Under the pieces are notes generated by a model that worked only from the letters and a program-made list of their open reading frames with translations, was not told the origin of the DNA and did not search any database. This document shows positions 37,668-46,779 of a stretch of 64,000 nucleotides of DNA, piece after piece. A program made the translations under genes and the position numbers. Within the stretch, counting starts at the first letter, position 1, and each line of letters begins with the position of its first letter. The DNA is from Candidatus Aenigmatarchaeota archaeon (GTDB lineage Archaea > Aenigmatarchaeota > Aenigmatarchaeia > QMZP01 > QMZT01), in assembly GCA_041489155.1 (NCBI GenBank), contig JBGPQP010000005.1, positions 2,509 through 66,508 of the forward strand, in the 5' to 3' direction.

Positions 37668-39458
37668 ATGAAGGTAAAAAAATTCAGGGTCTCGAAAACG
37701 CCTGCAAAGAATGAAAAGCCGGGCCAGCCTGCAAGGAAGATAATTAAAAGGCTGAAGCACGGCTACCTCATGCAGAAGGAGATGAAGGGAACACCTTACA
37801 GGGAAACGTTCGTTTTCTCCCATACGGAAAGAACACCTTCATCGCCGTCTGCCGTTGCGCCAGTTGTAGCTCCGATAATAATAAAGGAGACGCCGGGCAT
37901 ACAGATGGTAATCCCCAAGGAGCCCGCTCCTCTTACGACGCCGCTTTCGAGCGAGGAAAAGGAGATGCTCAGGAACATAAACATAACCTATCCCCTGATC
38001 CCCGACAAGCCTGGAAAGAACGAGAGGGTTTATGCATATGCGAGGGTCAAATGGGAGCCCAGACAGAACGAGGTAGTTTATTCCGTCATAGAACCTTACA
38101 TCACCGACAAGGACAAGGAAGTAATAGAATACGTCAAGAAAGAGCTTGAAGAACGCCTGGACATCGATTTCATGAGGCTCGGGGAAATCCGCGCCAAAGA
38201 GCTGCTGGTCAATGAGATAAGGAACATAATATCGAGAATCAAATATCCTGACCAGGGCAAGGTGGACGTAATCAGATATTATGTGCAGAGGGATATCATA
38301 GGTCTCGGAAAAATAGAACCGATGATAAGGGACAAGGACATAGAAGACATATCATGCGACGGCGATAGGATACCGCTTTATATTTACCACCGCAATCCCC
38401 TTCTCGGCTCAGTGGTGAGCAATGTCGTTTTCGGTAACACGGACGATCTTGACACGTTCGTGATGAAGCTTTCGCAGAAATGCGGCAAGTCGATTTCAGT
38501 CGCCGAGCCGCTCGTAGAGGGCTCGCTGCCGGACGGCTCCAGGGTCCACGCGACGCTAGGAACTGACATCGCTCGTCGCGGCTCGAATTTCACCATACGC
38601 AAGTTCACGAAAGCGCCTCTAACGCCTGTCCACATGCTTGAATACGGCACGATGGATTCGACGCAGCTCGCATATCTATGGCTGGCGATAGAGAACAGGA
38701 AGTCCATCCTCATCTCAGGAGGGACGGCGTCAGGCAAAACCTCGCTTCTCAACGCCCTGTCGCTCTTCATCAGACCGAGCATGAAAATCGTCTCCATTGA
38801 AGACACGCCTGAGCTGAACCTGCCGCACCCGCACTGGGTTCCCGAGGTGGCGAGGACGCCGATATCCGAGGGCAAGAAAGCGGGAGAAGTCAGCCTTTTC
38901 GACCTGCTCAAATCGTCCCTGAGACAGAGGCCCGATTACATAATCGTCGGAGAGGTCAGGGGCATGGAAGCTTACGTTTTGTTCCAGCAAATCGCTACAG
39001 GTCACGCAGGCCTTGCAACCATACACGCGGCGAACCTGCCGCAGCTTATCGACAGGCTCACAACTCCGCCAATCAGCCTTCCACCCAGCCTGATACAGAA
39101 CCTTGACATACTGATTTTCCTTCTGCAGGTGAAGTCAAGGGACCGCTACGTAAGGAGGGTAAACCAGATACTAGAGGTTACAGGCCTCAAGGGAGACAAG
39201 CCGTCAACGATCGAAATTTTCAGGTGGAAGCCGGTCGACGACAAGTTCGAGGCGATCGAGAAGAGCCAGACGCTTGAGCATATCGCCAGATCCATCGGCC
39301 TTACCGAGACAAGCCTGAGGGAGGAGATGAGAACGAGAAAAGGCATCCTTGAATGGATGTGGGAGAGGCGGATGTTCGATTACAGGGAAGTTGCTAACAT
39401 AATAACAGGTTATTACTCCAATCCGGAGAGGATAATCGGCCTTGTGGAAGGGTTTTAA
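37668..39458 (+). CDS. Type IV pilus/T2SS assembly ATPase (ArlI/PilB/VirB11-like)
   Basis: 'IEDISCDG', 'LPDGSRV', 'TIRKF', GGTASGKT, 'SIEDTPE', 'LRQRPDYIIVGEVRG', 'TGH'. Confidence 0.93.
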   Translation: MKVKKFRVSKTPAKNEKPGQPARKIIKRLKHGYLMQKEMKGTPYRETFVFSHTERTPSSPSAVAPVVAPIIIKETPGIQMVIPKEPAPLTTPLSSEEKEMLRNINITYPLIPDKPGKNERVYAYARVKWEPRQNEVVYSVIEPYITDKDKEVIEYVKKELEERLDIDFMRLGEIRAKELLVNEIRNIISRIKYPDQGKVDVIRYYVQRDIIGLGKIEPMIRDKDIEDISCDGDRIPLYIYHRNPLLGSVVSNVVFGNTDDLDTFVMKLSQKCGKSISVAEPLVEGSLPDGSRVHATLGTDIARRGSNFTIRKFTKAPLTPVHMLEYGTMDSTQLAYLWLAIENRKSILISGGTASGKTSLLNALSLFIRPSMKIVSIEDTPELNLPHPHWVPEVARTPISEGKKAGEVSLFDLLKSSLRQRPDYIIVGEVRGMEAYVLFQQIATGHAGLATIHAANLPQLIDRLTTPPISLPPSLIQNLDILIFLLQVKSRDRYVRRVNQILEVTGLKGDKPSTIEIFRWKPVDDKFEAIEKSQTLEHIARSIGLTETSLREEMRTRKGILEWMWERRMFDYREVANIITGYYSNPERIIGLVEGF

Positions 39459-39503
39459 GGCGATTGGTTCTCCGGTTTTGCAACACATGAGCAAGGGTTC
39501 AGC

Positions 39504-40352
39504 ATGATTGAAAAATTATCTCACAGGCTTTTCGGAAAACTGGTTGATTCGTATTCTGACTATTTTGACGCCCTGGGCGCGCAGCTCAAGCAGGCAGGCA
39601 TGAAGTACACGGTGGAGGAATATGTTTCGATGGTTTTATTTTATTCGCTCTTGAGCTTCGTGGTAGTAATACTAGCCGGGTCGTTTTACATCACCATCAC
39701 GACAACCCACGCCTTCTATTCCTACACGCTTTCGATAATTTTGTCCTTCGCCGCCACGGCAGGCGTGTTCTTCTTCGGCTACTACTATCCGAACATGAGG
39801 GCAAAGGGCCTGCAGGGCAAAATAAACAAGACCCTGCCTTTCACCACGATATACATGTCGACGGTCGCCGCGTCGGACATGAACCCCGCCGATCTCTTCA
39901 AGGTGGTTTCGCTCAGAGGAGGGGAGATTGGCAAGGAATGCGAGAGGGTATACAGGGACATACATATGCTCGGCATGGACGTGACGACGGCGATAACCAA
40001 GGCAGCCAACCGCACGCCGTCAGCGAAATTCTCGGAGCTGCTGTGGGGCATGCTCTCGGTTATAAGAAGGGGCGGCGACGTCGGCGAATACCTGAGCGAC
40101 AAGTCAAAGGAGCACATGGCCGATTACAGACGCTCGCTGAACGATTACTCGAAGCAGATAAGCTTCTACACGGAAATTTACATAACACTTATAATCGTCG
40201 GAACGCTGTTCTTCATCGTGCTCTCGTCAATAATGTCGCCCCTAGTCGGAGGGGACATACTTATGATGCAGACCTTCCTGGTGTTTTTCTTCATACCCGC
40301 GGTTTCATCCGGGTTCCTCGTGCTGCTGAAGAGCCTATCGCCAACGGAGTGA
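39504..40352 (+). CDS. Type IV pilus membrane platform protein (TadC/ArlJ-like)
   Basis: T2SSF-like fold, 'RTPS', follows the ATPase. Confidence 0.85.
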   Translation: MIEKLSHRLFGKLVDSYSDYFDALGAQLKQAGMKYTVEEYVSMVLFYSLLSFVVVILAGSFYITITTTHAFYSYTLSIILSFAATAGVFFFGYYYPNMRAKGLQGKINKTLPFTTIYMSTVAASDMNPADLFKVVSLRGGEIGKECERVYRDIHMLGMDVTTAITKAANRTPSAKFSELLWGMLSVIRRGGDVGEYLSDKSKEHMADYRRSLNDYSKQISFYTEIYITLIIVGTLFFIVLSSIMSPLVGGDILMMQTFLVFFFIPAVSSGFLVLLKSLSPTE

Positions 40353-40356
40353 TGTC

Positions 40357-41286
40357 ATGGAAAGGGAAAGAAAAATCGTGCTGGTCTCAATCATGGTCGC
40401 CGTCTTACTCATAACCACGTTCGCCTTCCTCACCCAGGACACAGGCATCATCGTGAACGTCAGCGTGATTGCAATGTTCATCGTCATCACGCCCATTTTC
40501 CTCATAAAATACACGGAATTCCTGTGGATAAAATCCATAGAAAAGGAGTTCCCCGCCTTCATACGCGACGTCGCAGGCCTGAAGCGTTCGGGCATAACGC
40601 TTTCCGAGGCCATAAAGATGACGACAAAAAACAACTACGGCAAGCTCACACCCGAAGTCCAGAAATTCTCCAACCGCCTGTCGTGGGGCGTCCACTTCAC
40701 CCGCGCGCTTGACATTTTCGGGAAAAGATTCAAGGCCTCGAAACTGATAGCAGAGGTTCTGAGCATACTCAAGGAGTCGTATCTCTCCGGAGGCAACATC
40801 GCCATCACCCTTGATTCGCTGTCGAGAGACATGGTGATGCTGAAAGAGATAGACGAGGAGCGAAAATCGATAGTCCGCCAGCACGTCATGATAATGTACG
40901 GCATATTCTTCATGTTCGTGGCAATATCCATCGCGATAATTATCGTCCTCATACCGATGATGAGCCAGACGCAGACCGGAACAACAGGCGTCACGTCGCC
41001 GCTGGTCCTGGCCTTCAACAACCCCTGCGACAAGTTCTACATAATCTTCCCGTGCGCGTATTTCGACGTTGTTTGCAGCTCTTTCTCAGTTGCGGCGGGC
41101 ATAGGATGCTATTATTTCGCGCTGTTCTTCACCGTCCTCCTGATACAGGCGTTTTTCATGGGCCTGATATCCGGACAGCTCGGAGAAAACTCGATTATCG
41201 CTGGCGTCAAGCACTCGCTCATAATGCTGGCAGCGGTCTTCATAATATTCATGTTCATGATAAGAAGCGGCTTTCTCCCCGTCTAA
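40357..41286 (+). CDS. Second pilus membrane platform protein (TadC-like)
   Basis: 'FPAFIRD', 'SGITL', 'YGKLTPEV', 'SWG', 'SGG', 'GVKH'. Confidence 0.85.
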   Translation: MERERKIVLVSIMVAVLLITTFAFLTQDTGIIVNVSVIAMFIVITPIFLIKYTEFLWIKSIEKEFPAFIRDVAGLKRSGITLSEAIKMTTKNNYGKLTPEVQKFSNRLSWGVHFTRALDIFGKRFKASKLIAEVLSILKESYLSGGNIAITLDSLSRDMVMLKEIDEERKSIVRQHVMIMYGIFFMFVAISIAIIIVLIPMMSQTQTGTTGVTSPLVLAFNNPCDKFYIIFPCAYFDVVCSSFSVAAGIGCYYFALFFTVLLIQAFFMGLISGQLGENSIIAGVKHSLIMLAAVFIIFMFMIRSGFLPV

Positions 41287-41332
41287 CGCCTTCGCTAGCC
41301 GGCTTATATAAAAGAGCGCTTCAATAAAAACT

Positions 41333-42172
41333 ATGGACTTCATAAACGAGTATTTTCTGAATCCCATCCTCTCGAATGGCTGGTTCAACCCGGTCAATTC
41401 GATAGCATACGGCGTAATACTCGTAATCGCGGTTTATGGCGTTTTCAAGATGCTAAGAAAGATGAAGATACGCATAGACCGCAAATTTCTTTATGCGATT
41501 ATCCCTTTCATCCTGTGGGGCTCTAGCACGCGGGTCCTGCATGACGCCGCGTATTACGGAGCGCTCACAGGAGCGCTGGGCGACTTTTATTCGCTTCCCG
41601 TATTCCCGACTCCAGGCTCGTATTTCATCACGTTCACGCTTGCGCTAATCGTGCTTGTGATATCCATAGCCATACAGAAATACGCCGGGTTCCCTTACTG
41701 GAAAATCATGCTAGTCGCAGGCGTGGCGCTTGACATCATAAACTTTGCATTGATGCCGAGATTTTATTTCATCCCCATGCTGATGATTCTGGGAATAACC
41801 GCCCTGTGGATTGCGTTGTTCCTGCTACTGTACAAATTCTCGGAGAAGACGGGCTTCGCAATACTGAAACAGGTTTTCACCCTTGAGAACTCAGCAATCC
41901 TTTCCGCGCACATGCTCGATGCCAGCGCGACCTATGTCGCTCTCGCTTTTTTCGGCTACGCGGAGCAGCATCCCCTGCCGAGATTCCTGATAGACATGAG
42001 CAACCCGGCGGCGATGTTCCTGCTGAAGCTCGTGGTCCTTATTCCAGTGCTTTACGTCATCGACCGCTATTCGGAGAAAGGGGAGTTCAGGAACTTCCTG
42101 AAAATAGTGATATTCATCCTTGGTCTGGCGCCAGGTTTAAGGGATGCGATACGCCTTATGGTCGGCGTCTAG
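41333..42172 (+). CDS. DUF63 family membrane protein
   Basis: 'NPVNS', 'RVLHD', 'TPG', 'HMLDASAT', 'EQH', 'LGLAPGLRD'. Confidence 0.82.
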   Translation: MDFINEYFLNPILSNGWFNPVNSIAYGVILVIAVYGVFKMLRKMKIRIDRKFLYAIIPFILWGSSTRVLHDAAYYGALTGALGDFYSLPVFPTPGSYFITFTLALIVLVISIAIQKYAGFPYWKIMLVAGVALDIINFALMPRFYFIPMLMILGITALWIALFLLLYKFSEKTGFAILKQVFTLENSAILSAHMLDASATYVALAFFGYAEQHPLPRFLIDMSNPAAMFLLKLVVLIPVLYVIDRYSEKGEFRNFLKIVIFILGLAPGLRDAIRLMVGV

Positions 42173-42180
42173 AAGCATTA

Positions 42181-45100
42181 TTACGTGCTGCTTGCGTTTC
42201 CCGGGTGGGCCAGCAGGTATTTTGCCCAGCATACGTCCCTGAAGTTTATCAGCGTGTCCTTCTCGTCCCATTTGTTGAAAACGTATTCCGCTTTCGCTGA
42301 AAGCGTGTAGGTCTTTTTCGGGACTTTTATGTCCTTGAGACCATCAGGATAGAAGCAGAAACTCGCCTTCGATGGCGTACCAAGATCGAAACGCAATACG
42401 TTATAGGTTCCTTCTGTCCCCGTCAGCTGTGCTCCCTGGCACTTTTCAGCACCTCCGAATTCACTCGGCACAGTAAGCCACACCTGCGCATAGTCTATGT
42501 GGCTGTTGGGGCCTTCCGCAGAGGAGATGTTGAAGCCAAGGTTGAACGGGTTGTTTTCCTTTATCGGCTGGTCGGCCGTCCCGAGACTGAGTTTTGCAGG
42601 TGCGCTGCTTATCTTCGAAGGCACCTGACCCCTTACCAGTTTGTTGTCGACGGAGAGCCTTTTCCACTCCTCCTCGCTTATGAAGTCTATCTGCAGGGTC
42701 GATTCGGAATCATACGTGTAGGTAAGATTCGCGACAAAGGGTATGTATTTCTCCCTCGTTTCCGAGAGCTCCCTGTCGTTTACCGGGCATGGCAGCTTAC
42801 CTACGATGAACAAGTCCTTTACATCCTGCCTCTCTATTTCCATTTTGTCGAAATTGATAGTGTACACGAAGATTCTACCATAACCTGAGGTGAAGGTCAT
42901 GGTTTTGCCGAAAAATGATTCAGGCGTGCTTATGTCTATCTGCCTCTGGACAGGGACCAAAGGAACCTTGTTGTATTCGAGTTCTATGTTATCAATGGTG
43001 GTTACTATGTCGAGCCTTATGTTCCTCGCCTTGAAAGTTCCCTTGTTAGCAAGGTTTATCTGTATGGTGAACGGCTCTTCGGGATAGATAGACTGGACCT
43101 GGAATTTGTCAATTTCAAGGCCAAAGGCTCCGGCTTTGCTTATATCATCCCCAACGAAATTACCCTCTGTTATCTGCCTCGCGTAGCACGTCGGGCATGA
43201 CAGCAGAAGCCAGGACTGGCCGAATGTCGACTGCAGCTGGCCGAACATTTCCCCGAAGGGTTTCATCGCGTCGATAACTGTGTTGTGAACGCTGGGCCAC
43301 CACTCGCCGAAAAGCGCCCCTCCGAGCGTCTGAGAGCCCGGCCCAAGGCCAAACAATACGAGGGCTGTCGCTAGCATAAGTATGCCTGTGTAAGGTCTTG
43401 TCTCAGGCGGCGAGAAGAAGCCGCCGATAGCGGATATGAACCATATTGCATAGAAGACATAAAGCGAATCCCCGGTCAGGCCCCACTGGCCTGCCCATGC
43501 CTGGAACATCGGGAGCGGTATTAGAATTGTTCCCGTTGTGACCGCAAGGCCCCATATCATTATGCCTATGAATATTATTTTGTCAAGCATTTCCGCGGTT
43601 GTCAGCGTTCCTGCAAGGCCGACTCCCATTATCTGGGCGAGATTTTTGGTCTTGGTGGGCGTAGGTACGACTGCAAAGAAGGCCAGCGAAATGAGCGCAA
43701 GCGGGAAGGACTGGAAAATGCCGTTAAATATCATGAAGGGTATGACTATGAAGCCTATGAAAAATCTTATCATGCCACCCATCACCTCGTACGGGTATTC
43801 GGGGTTGTAAGAACCCGGCAGCGAGAAATAAGAAACGAAGGCGAAGCCTATGAAGAACAGTGCAGCAAAGGGGAATGAGGTCTTGCTGAAATCCCACAGG
43901 GCCCAGCCTACGAAAAAGATGCACGCAACCTTGCACGTCAGCTTGAAAGCCGCCTGGCCCGTCTTCCAGGCGTTTCCTCCGCGCCACATGGTGCCGTATT
44001 CCCTTTCCCATGCGCTCGGGACAGGTATGGCGATGAAGCCTCCGAGGCACGCGAGGCCGACTATGAACTGCCATATGCCGGTTAGAGCTGCAATGACGAT
44101 GCCAAGAACGATCATGACCAACGACATGATTATGCCGGTGGTTTTGCCTGCCCTGCGGGAATATCTGGTGAGACCTCCTAAAAGAGGATTCTCTTCCATT
44201 GCGCCAACAATCCCGGGTCGCGGAGTCCTCGTAGCCCTGCCGCTGCCATGGTCGACATCCCATCTGTCGGTCCAGTCTTTATGGAGCCTGTCTTCAAATG
44301 GTGGAGGAGGAAAATGCGCCCCAAAGGCATTGCCGGGATTTTGCGTTCTTCCCAAAAATTTCGAGGGCATGTCAACAAGGGTCAATGTAACTTCCTTTCT
44401 CTCTTCCCCCGCCCTGAATGTGACGTCCACATGCCCTACCGCATCATGCTGATTGTCTTCGTCATCATAATAAAAAACCCTTGCGTTTATCCTGTAATTG
44501 CATGCAGGATTGCCTTGTGGCATTGGAACAAGAGAGGCAGGAACATGATCGAATATGAATTGTCCGTGGTTATCCGTTTCTCCTTGGAGAACTGCCGGCG
44601 GTGGTGCCGGCAAATTGGGTGGCGGATTGATGCTTTCCAATTGCACAAAAACATGTCCTATCGGAAGGTTTTCGTTGTTGACAACCGTAACACGAACAGT
44701 AGCTTCGTACGGACCCCCTCCAACCCCACCAGGTCCAGCCCCGCCGCCATGCACAACGGTGGTTTGTCTGACATCTATACCAATCGGTCTCACTCTTCCT
44801 TCATCTTTTCTGCCACCCCTTCCTCTACCACCGCCACCTCCACCCCCTCTAGCGGCAGCAGTAACTCTAAAAATGAAGTTTACAGTAAATCTTTGGCCTG
44901 TTTGAATGGTAAAATATTCTTGGCCAGAATCAACTGCCGGGTATCTAGCCTTCAGCACGCCGTATTGAGGACTCTCGAACTTGGCCAGCAGTTGATATCT
45001 GCCGGGAGGCACAGGGAGATTGTCAAATGGTATCGGCTTGTTAACAAGAATTTCAGGGAGATATTTGGGCTCTTCCATCACAGCGTTTACTTCCATTGGC

Positions 45101-45591
45101 TTGCTTCTGCCTATTTGTAGATATGCCCTCGCAGAAAGATAGGCAGAAGCTCCTTCTTTTTTAGGTAAAAATTCTCCTATTCCCCTACCTTCTTTCATTC
45201 TCTCTTCAAAACTTGGAACGCCTTTGTATTTGTCTTCTTTGGACCATTGCTCAAGGAATCTGTCTATTTCCCTTACGTTGTAGCCTGCCAATCTCAAAAA
45301 GTCAACAGCACTGTTTGTATCTCCTCTTCTGAAATGATATCTAGCAGCTTTTTCGTATTCCTCTTTGCTCTGTTGCTGAGCAACTGGTTCGGGTTCTGCT
45401 GTTCTGATCCTTTTCGGTGCAGTGACCTGCGTCGCAAGCATTTTAAGGCCGGGTAATGTGGCTTCATTGCCGCATCTGGAGCAATGAAAAACCCTTTCCC
45501 TTCCGCCCCATCTGTTGCGCTCTCCCCAGCCTACTTCGTCAAGTTTTACTCTTCTGTTCTCCCTTGCGCATATGGGACAATAATCAGGCAA
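42181..45591 (-). CDS. Large mosaic membrane protein: Zn-ribbon N-terminus, Gly/Pro linkers, multi-TM core, extracellular beta-rich C-terminus
   Basis: 1136-aa ORF, TTG start after GGGGGA; CPIC...CSRC; about 12 hydrophobic helices. Confidence 0.75.
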   Translation of the reverse strand: MPDYCPICARENRRVKLDEVGWGERNRWGGRERVFHCSRCGNEATLPGLKMLATQVTAPKRIRTAEPEPVAQQQSKEEYEKAARYHFRRGDTNSAVDFLRLAGYNVREIDRFLEQWSKEDKYKGVPSFEERMKEGRGIGEFLPKKEGASAYLSARAYLQIGRSKPMEVNAVMEEPKYLPEILVNKPIPFDNLPVPPGRYQLLAKFESPQYGVLKARYPAVDSGQEYFTIQTGQRFTVNFIFRVTAAARGGGGGGGRGRGGRKDEGRVRPIGIDVRQTTVVHGGGAGPGGVGGGPYEATVRVTVVNNENLPIGHVFVQLESINPPPNLPAPPPAVLQGETDNHGQFIFDHVPASLVPMPQGNPACNYRINARVFYYDDEDNQHDAVGHVDVTFRAGEERKEVTLTLVDMPSKFLGRTQNPGNAFGAHFPPPPFEDRLHKDWTDRWDVDHGSGRATRTPRPGIVGAMEENPLLGGLTRYSRRAGKTTGIIMSLVMIVLGIVIAALTGIWQFIVGLACLGGFIAIPVPSAWEREYGTMWRGGNAWKTGQAAFKLTCKVACIFFVGWALWDFSKTSFPFAALFFIGFAFVSYFSLPGSYNPEYPYEVMGGMIRFFIGFIVIPFMIFNGIFQSFPLALISLAFFAVVPTPTKTKNLAQIMGVGLAGTLTTAEMLDKIIFIGIMIWGLAVTTGTILIPLPMFQAWAGQWGLTGDSLYVFYAIWFISAIGGFFSPPETRPYTGILMLATALVLFGLGPGSQTLGGALFGEWWPSVHNTVIDAMKPFGEMFGQLQSTFGQSWLLLSCPTCYARQITEGNFVGDDISKAGAFGLEIDKFQVQSIYPEEPFTIQINLANKGTFKARNIRLDIVTTIDNIELEYNKVPLVPVQRQIDISTPESFFGKTMTFTSGYGRIFVYTINFDKMEIERQDVKDLFIVGKLPCPVNDRELSETREKYIPFVANLTYTYDSESTLQIDFISEEEWKRLSVDNKLVRGQVPSKISSAPAKLSLGTADQPIKENNPFNLGFNISSAEGPNSHIDYAQVWLTVPSEFGGAEKCQGAQLTGTEGTYNVLRFDLGTPSKASFCFYPDGLKDIKVPKKTYTLSAKAEYVFNKWDEKDTLINFRDVCWAKYLLAHPGNASST

Positions 45592-45672
45592 ACATATCCC
45601 CCGCTGTCTAGATATTAATTAATTGGACGGCAAGGTTAAAAAATAATAGAATGGCAGAAAGCAAGGGCGAGC

Positions 45673-46107
45673 CTATTTCTTCCCGAACCACAGCTTCAGC
45701 TCGGCTTCCGCCTCTTCTCTCGTTCCCGAGGCGTGGATGAGATTGTAGATGGAACGGTGTTCCTGGTCAGCTTTCTCCCGCGAATCGTTGCCGAGGTCGC
45801 CGCGTATCGTTCCTTCGTCAGCTTTCGAAGGGTCGGTCGCGCCGACTATTTTCCTCACATGCGCTACTGCATCCTTCCCTTCGAGCACCATTGCCACCAC
45901 GTGCCTGTCTGCGAGATAGTCGACGAGAAGACTGAAGAAAGGCTTGTCATTGTGCATGGCGTAATGCGTTTTCACGAACTCCTTCGTCGGCGTAGCCATC
46001 TTCATATCAGTGACCTTCAGGCCGCCTTCCTCGAACCTCTTTATTATCTCGCCTATCAGATTTCTTTCAACGCCGTCAGGCTTTATCAGCACCAGCGTTT
46101 TTTCCAT
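45673..46107 (-). CDS. ndk: Nucleoside diphosphate kinase
   Basis: 'IKPDGV', 'GTIRGD', 'NLIHAS'. Confidence 0.95.
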   Translation of the reverse strand: MEKTLVLIKPDGVERNLIGEIIKRFEEGGLKVTDMKMATPTKEFVKTHYAMHNDKPFFSLLVDYLADRHVVAMVLEGKDAVAHVRKIVGATDPSKADEGTIRGDLGNDSREKADQEHRSIYNLIHASGTREEAEAELKLWFGKK

Positions 46108-46108
46108 G

Positions 46109-46765
46109 TCATTCCCTCCGAGTTTTCGCTTTCATAAATGCGCCAAGCGCTTTCTCGACGTTTTTTGTCACTTTATCGCTGCTGCCACGGGCGTCAACGT
46201 CGACAAGTATTCCTTTATTTCTATAATATGATATTAAAGGTTTTGTCTGCTTTTCGTAGACTTCAATACGTTTTGTCAATACCTCAGCTTTCTGGTCCTC
46301 CCTCTGGTAGAGCTCGCCTCTGCAGCTGTCGCAGACGCCGCGCTTCTTCGGCGGCGAATGCTTCAGATGGTAAATCTGCCCGCAGCCTTTGCATGTCAGC
46401 CTTCCGGCCATCCTTTCTATGAGTTCTTTTTTAGAGGCGGAGAGGTTGAGAACAAGGTCGATTTTTGTTATTTTTTCAAGGGCTTCTGCTTGCGCCAGCG
46501 TGCGGGGAAAGCCGTCGAGAACGAAGCCTTTCCTGCAGTCGCTTTCGCTGAGCCTTTTTCTTATGATTGCCATAACGATGCTGTCGGGCACAAGTTCGCC
46601 GCGCTGCATGTAACTGCTGGCATCCTGGCCGAGCTGCGTTTTCCTTTTGATTTCTTCTCTGAACATGTCGCCTGTCGAGATTTTGGGTATTGAGAATTTC
46701 GCTGACAAAATCTCGGCCTGCGTCCCCTTTCCTATCCCCGGCGGACCAAGCAAAATCAGGTTCAT
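46109..46765 (-). CDS. adk: Adenylate kinase (bacterial type, Zn lid)
   Basis: 'GPPGIGKGTQA', 'STGDMFR', 'LDGFPRT', CxxC...CxxC lid. Confidence 0.95.
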   Translation of the reverse strand: MNLILLGPPGIGKGTQAEILSAKFSIPKISTGDMFREEIKRKTQLGQDASSYMQRGELVPDSIVMAIIRKRLSESDCRKGFVLDGFPRTLAQAEALEKITKIDLVLNLSASKKELIERMAGRLTCKGCGQIYHLKHSPPKKRGVCDSCRGELYQREDQKAEVLTKRIEVYEKQTKPLISYYRNKGILVDVDARGSSDKVTKNVEKALGAFMKAKTRRE

Positions 46766-46779
46766 TCCATGCCTCTGCG

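Noticed and set aside
36501-41286. Archaellum operon
   Set aside because: No archaellin, ArlF/G/H; two split TadC-like genes fit a pilus.
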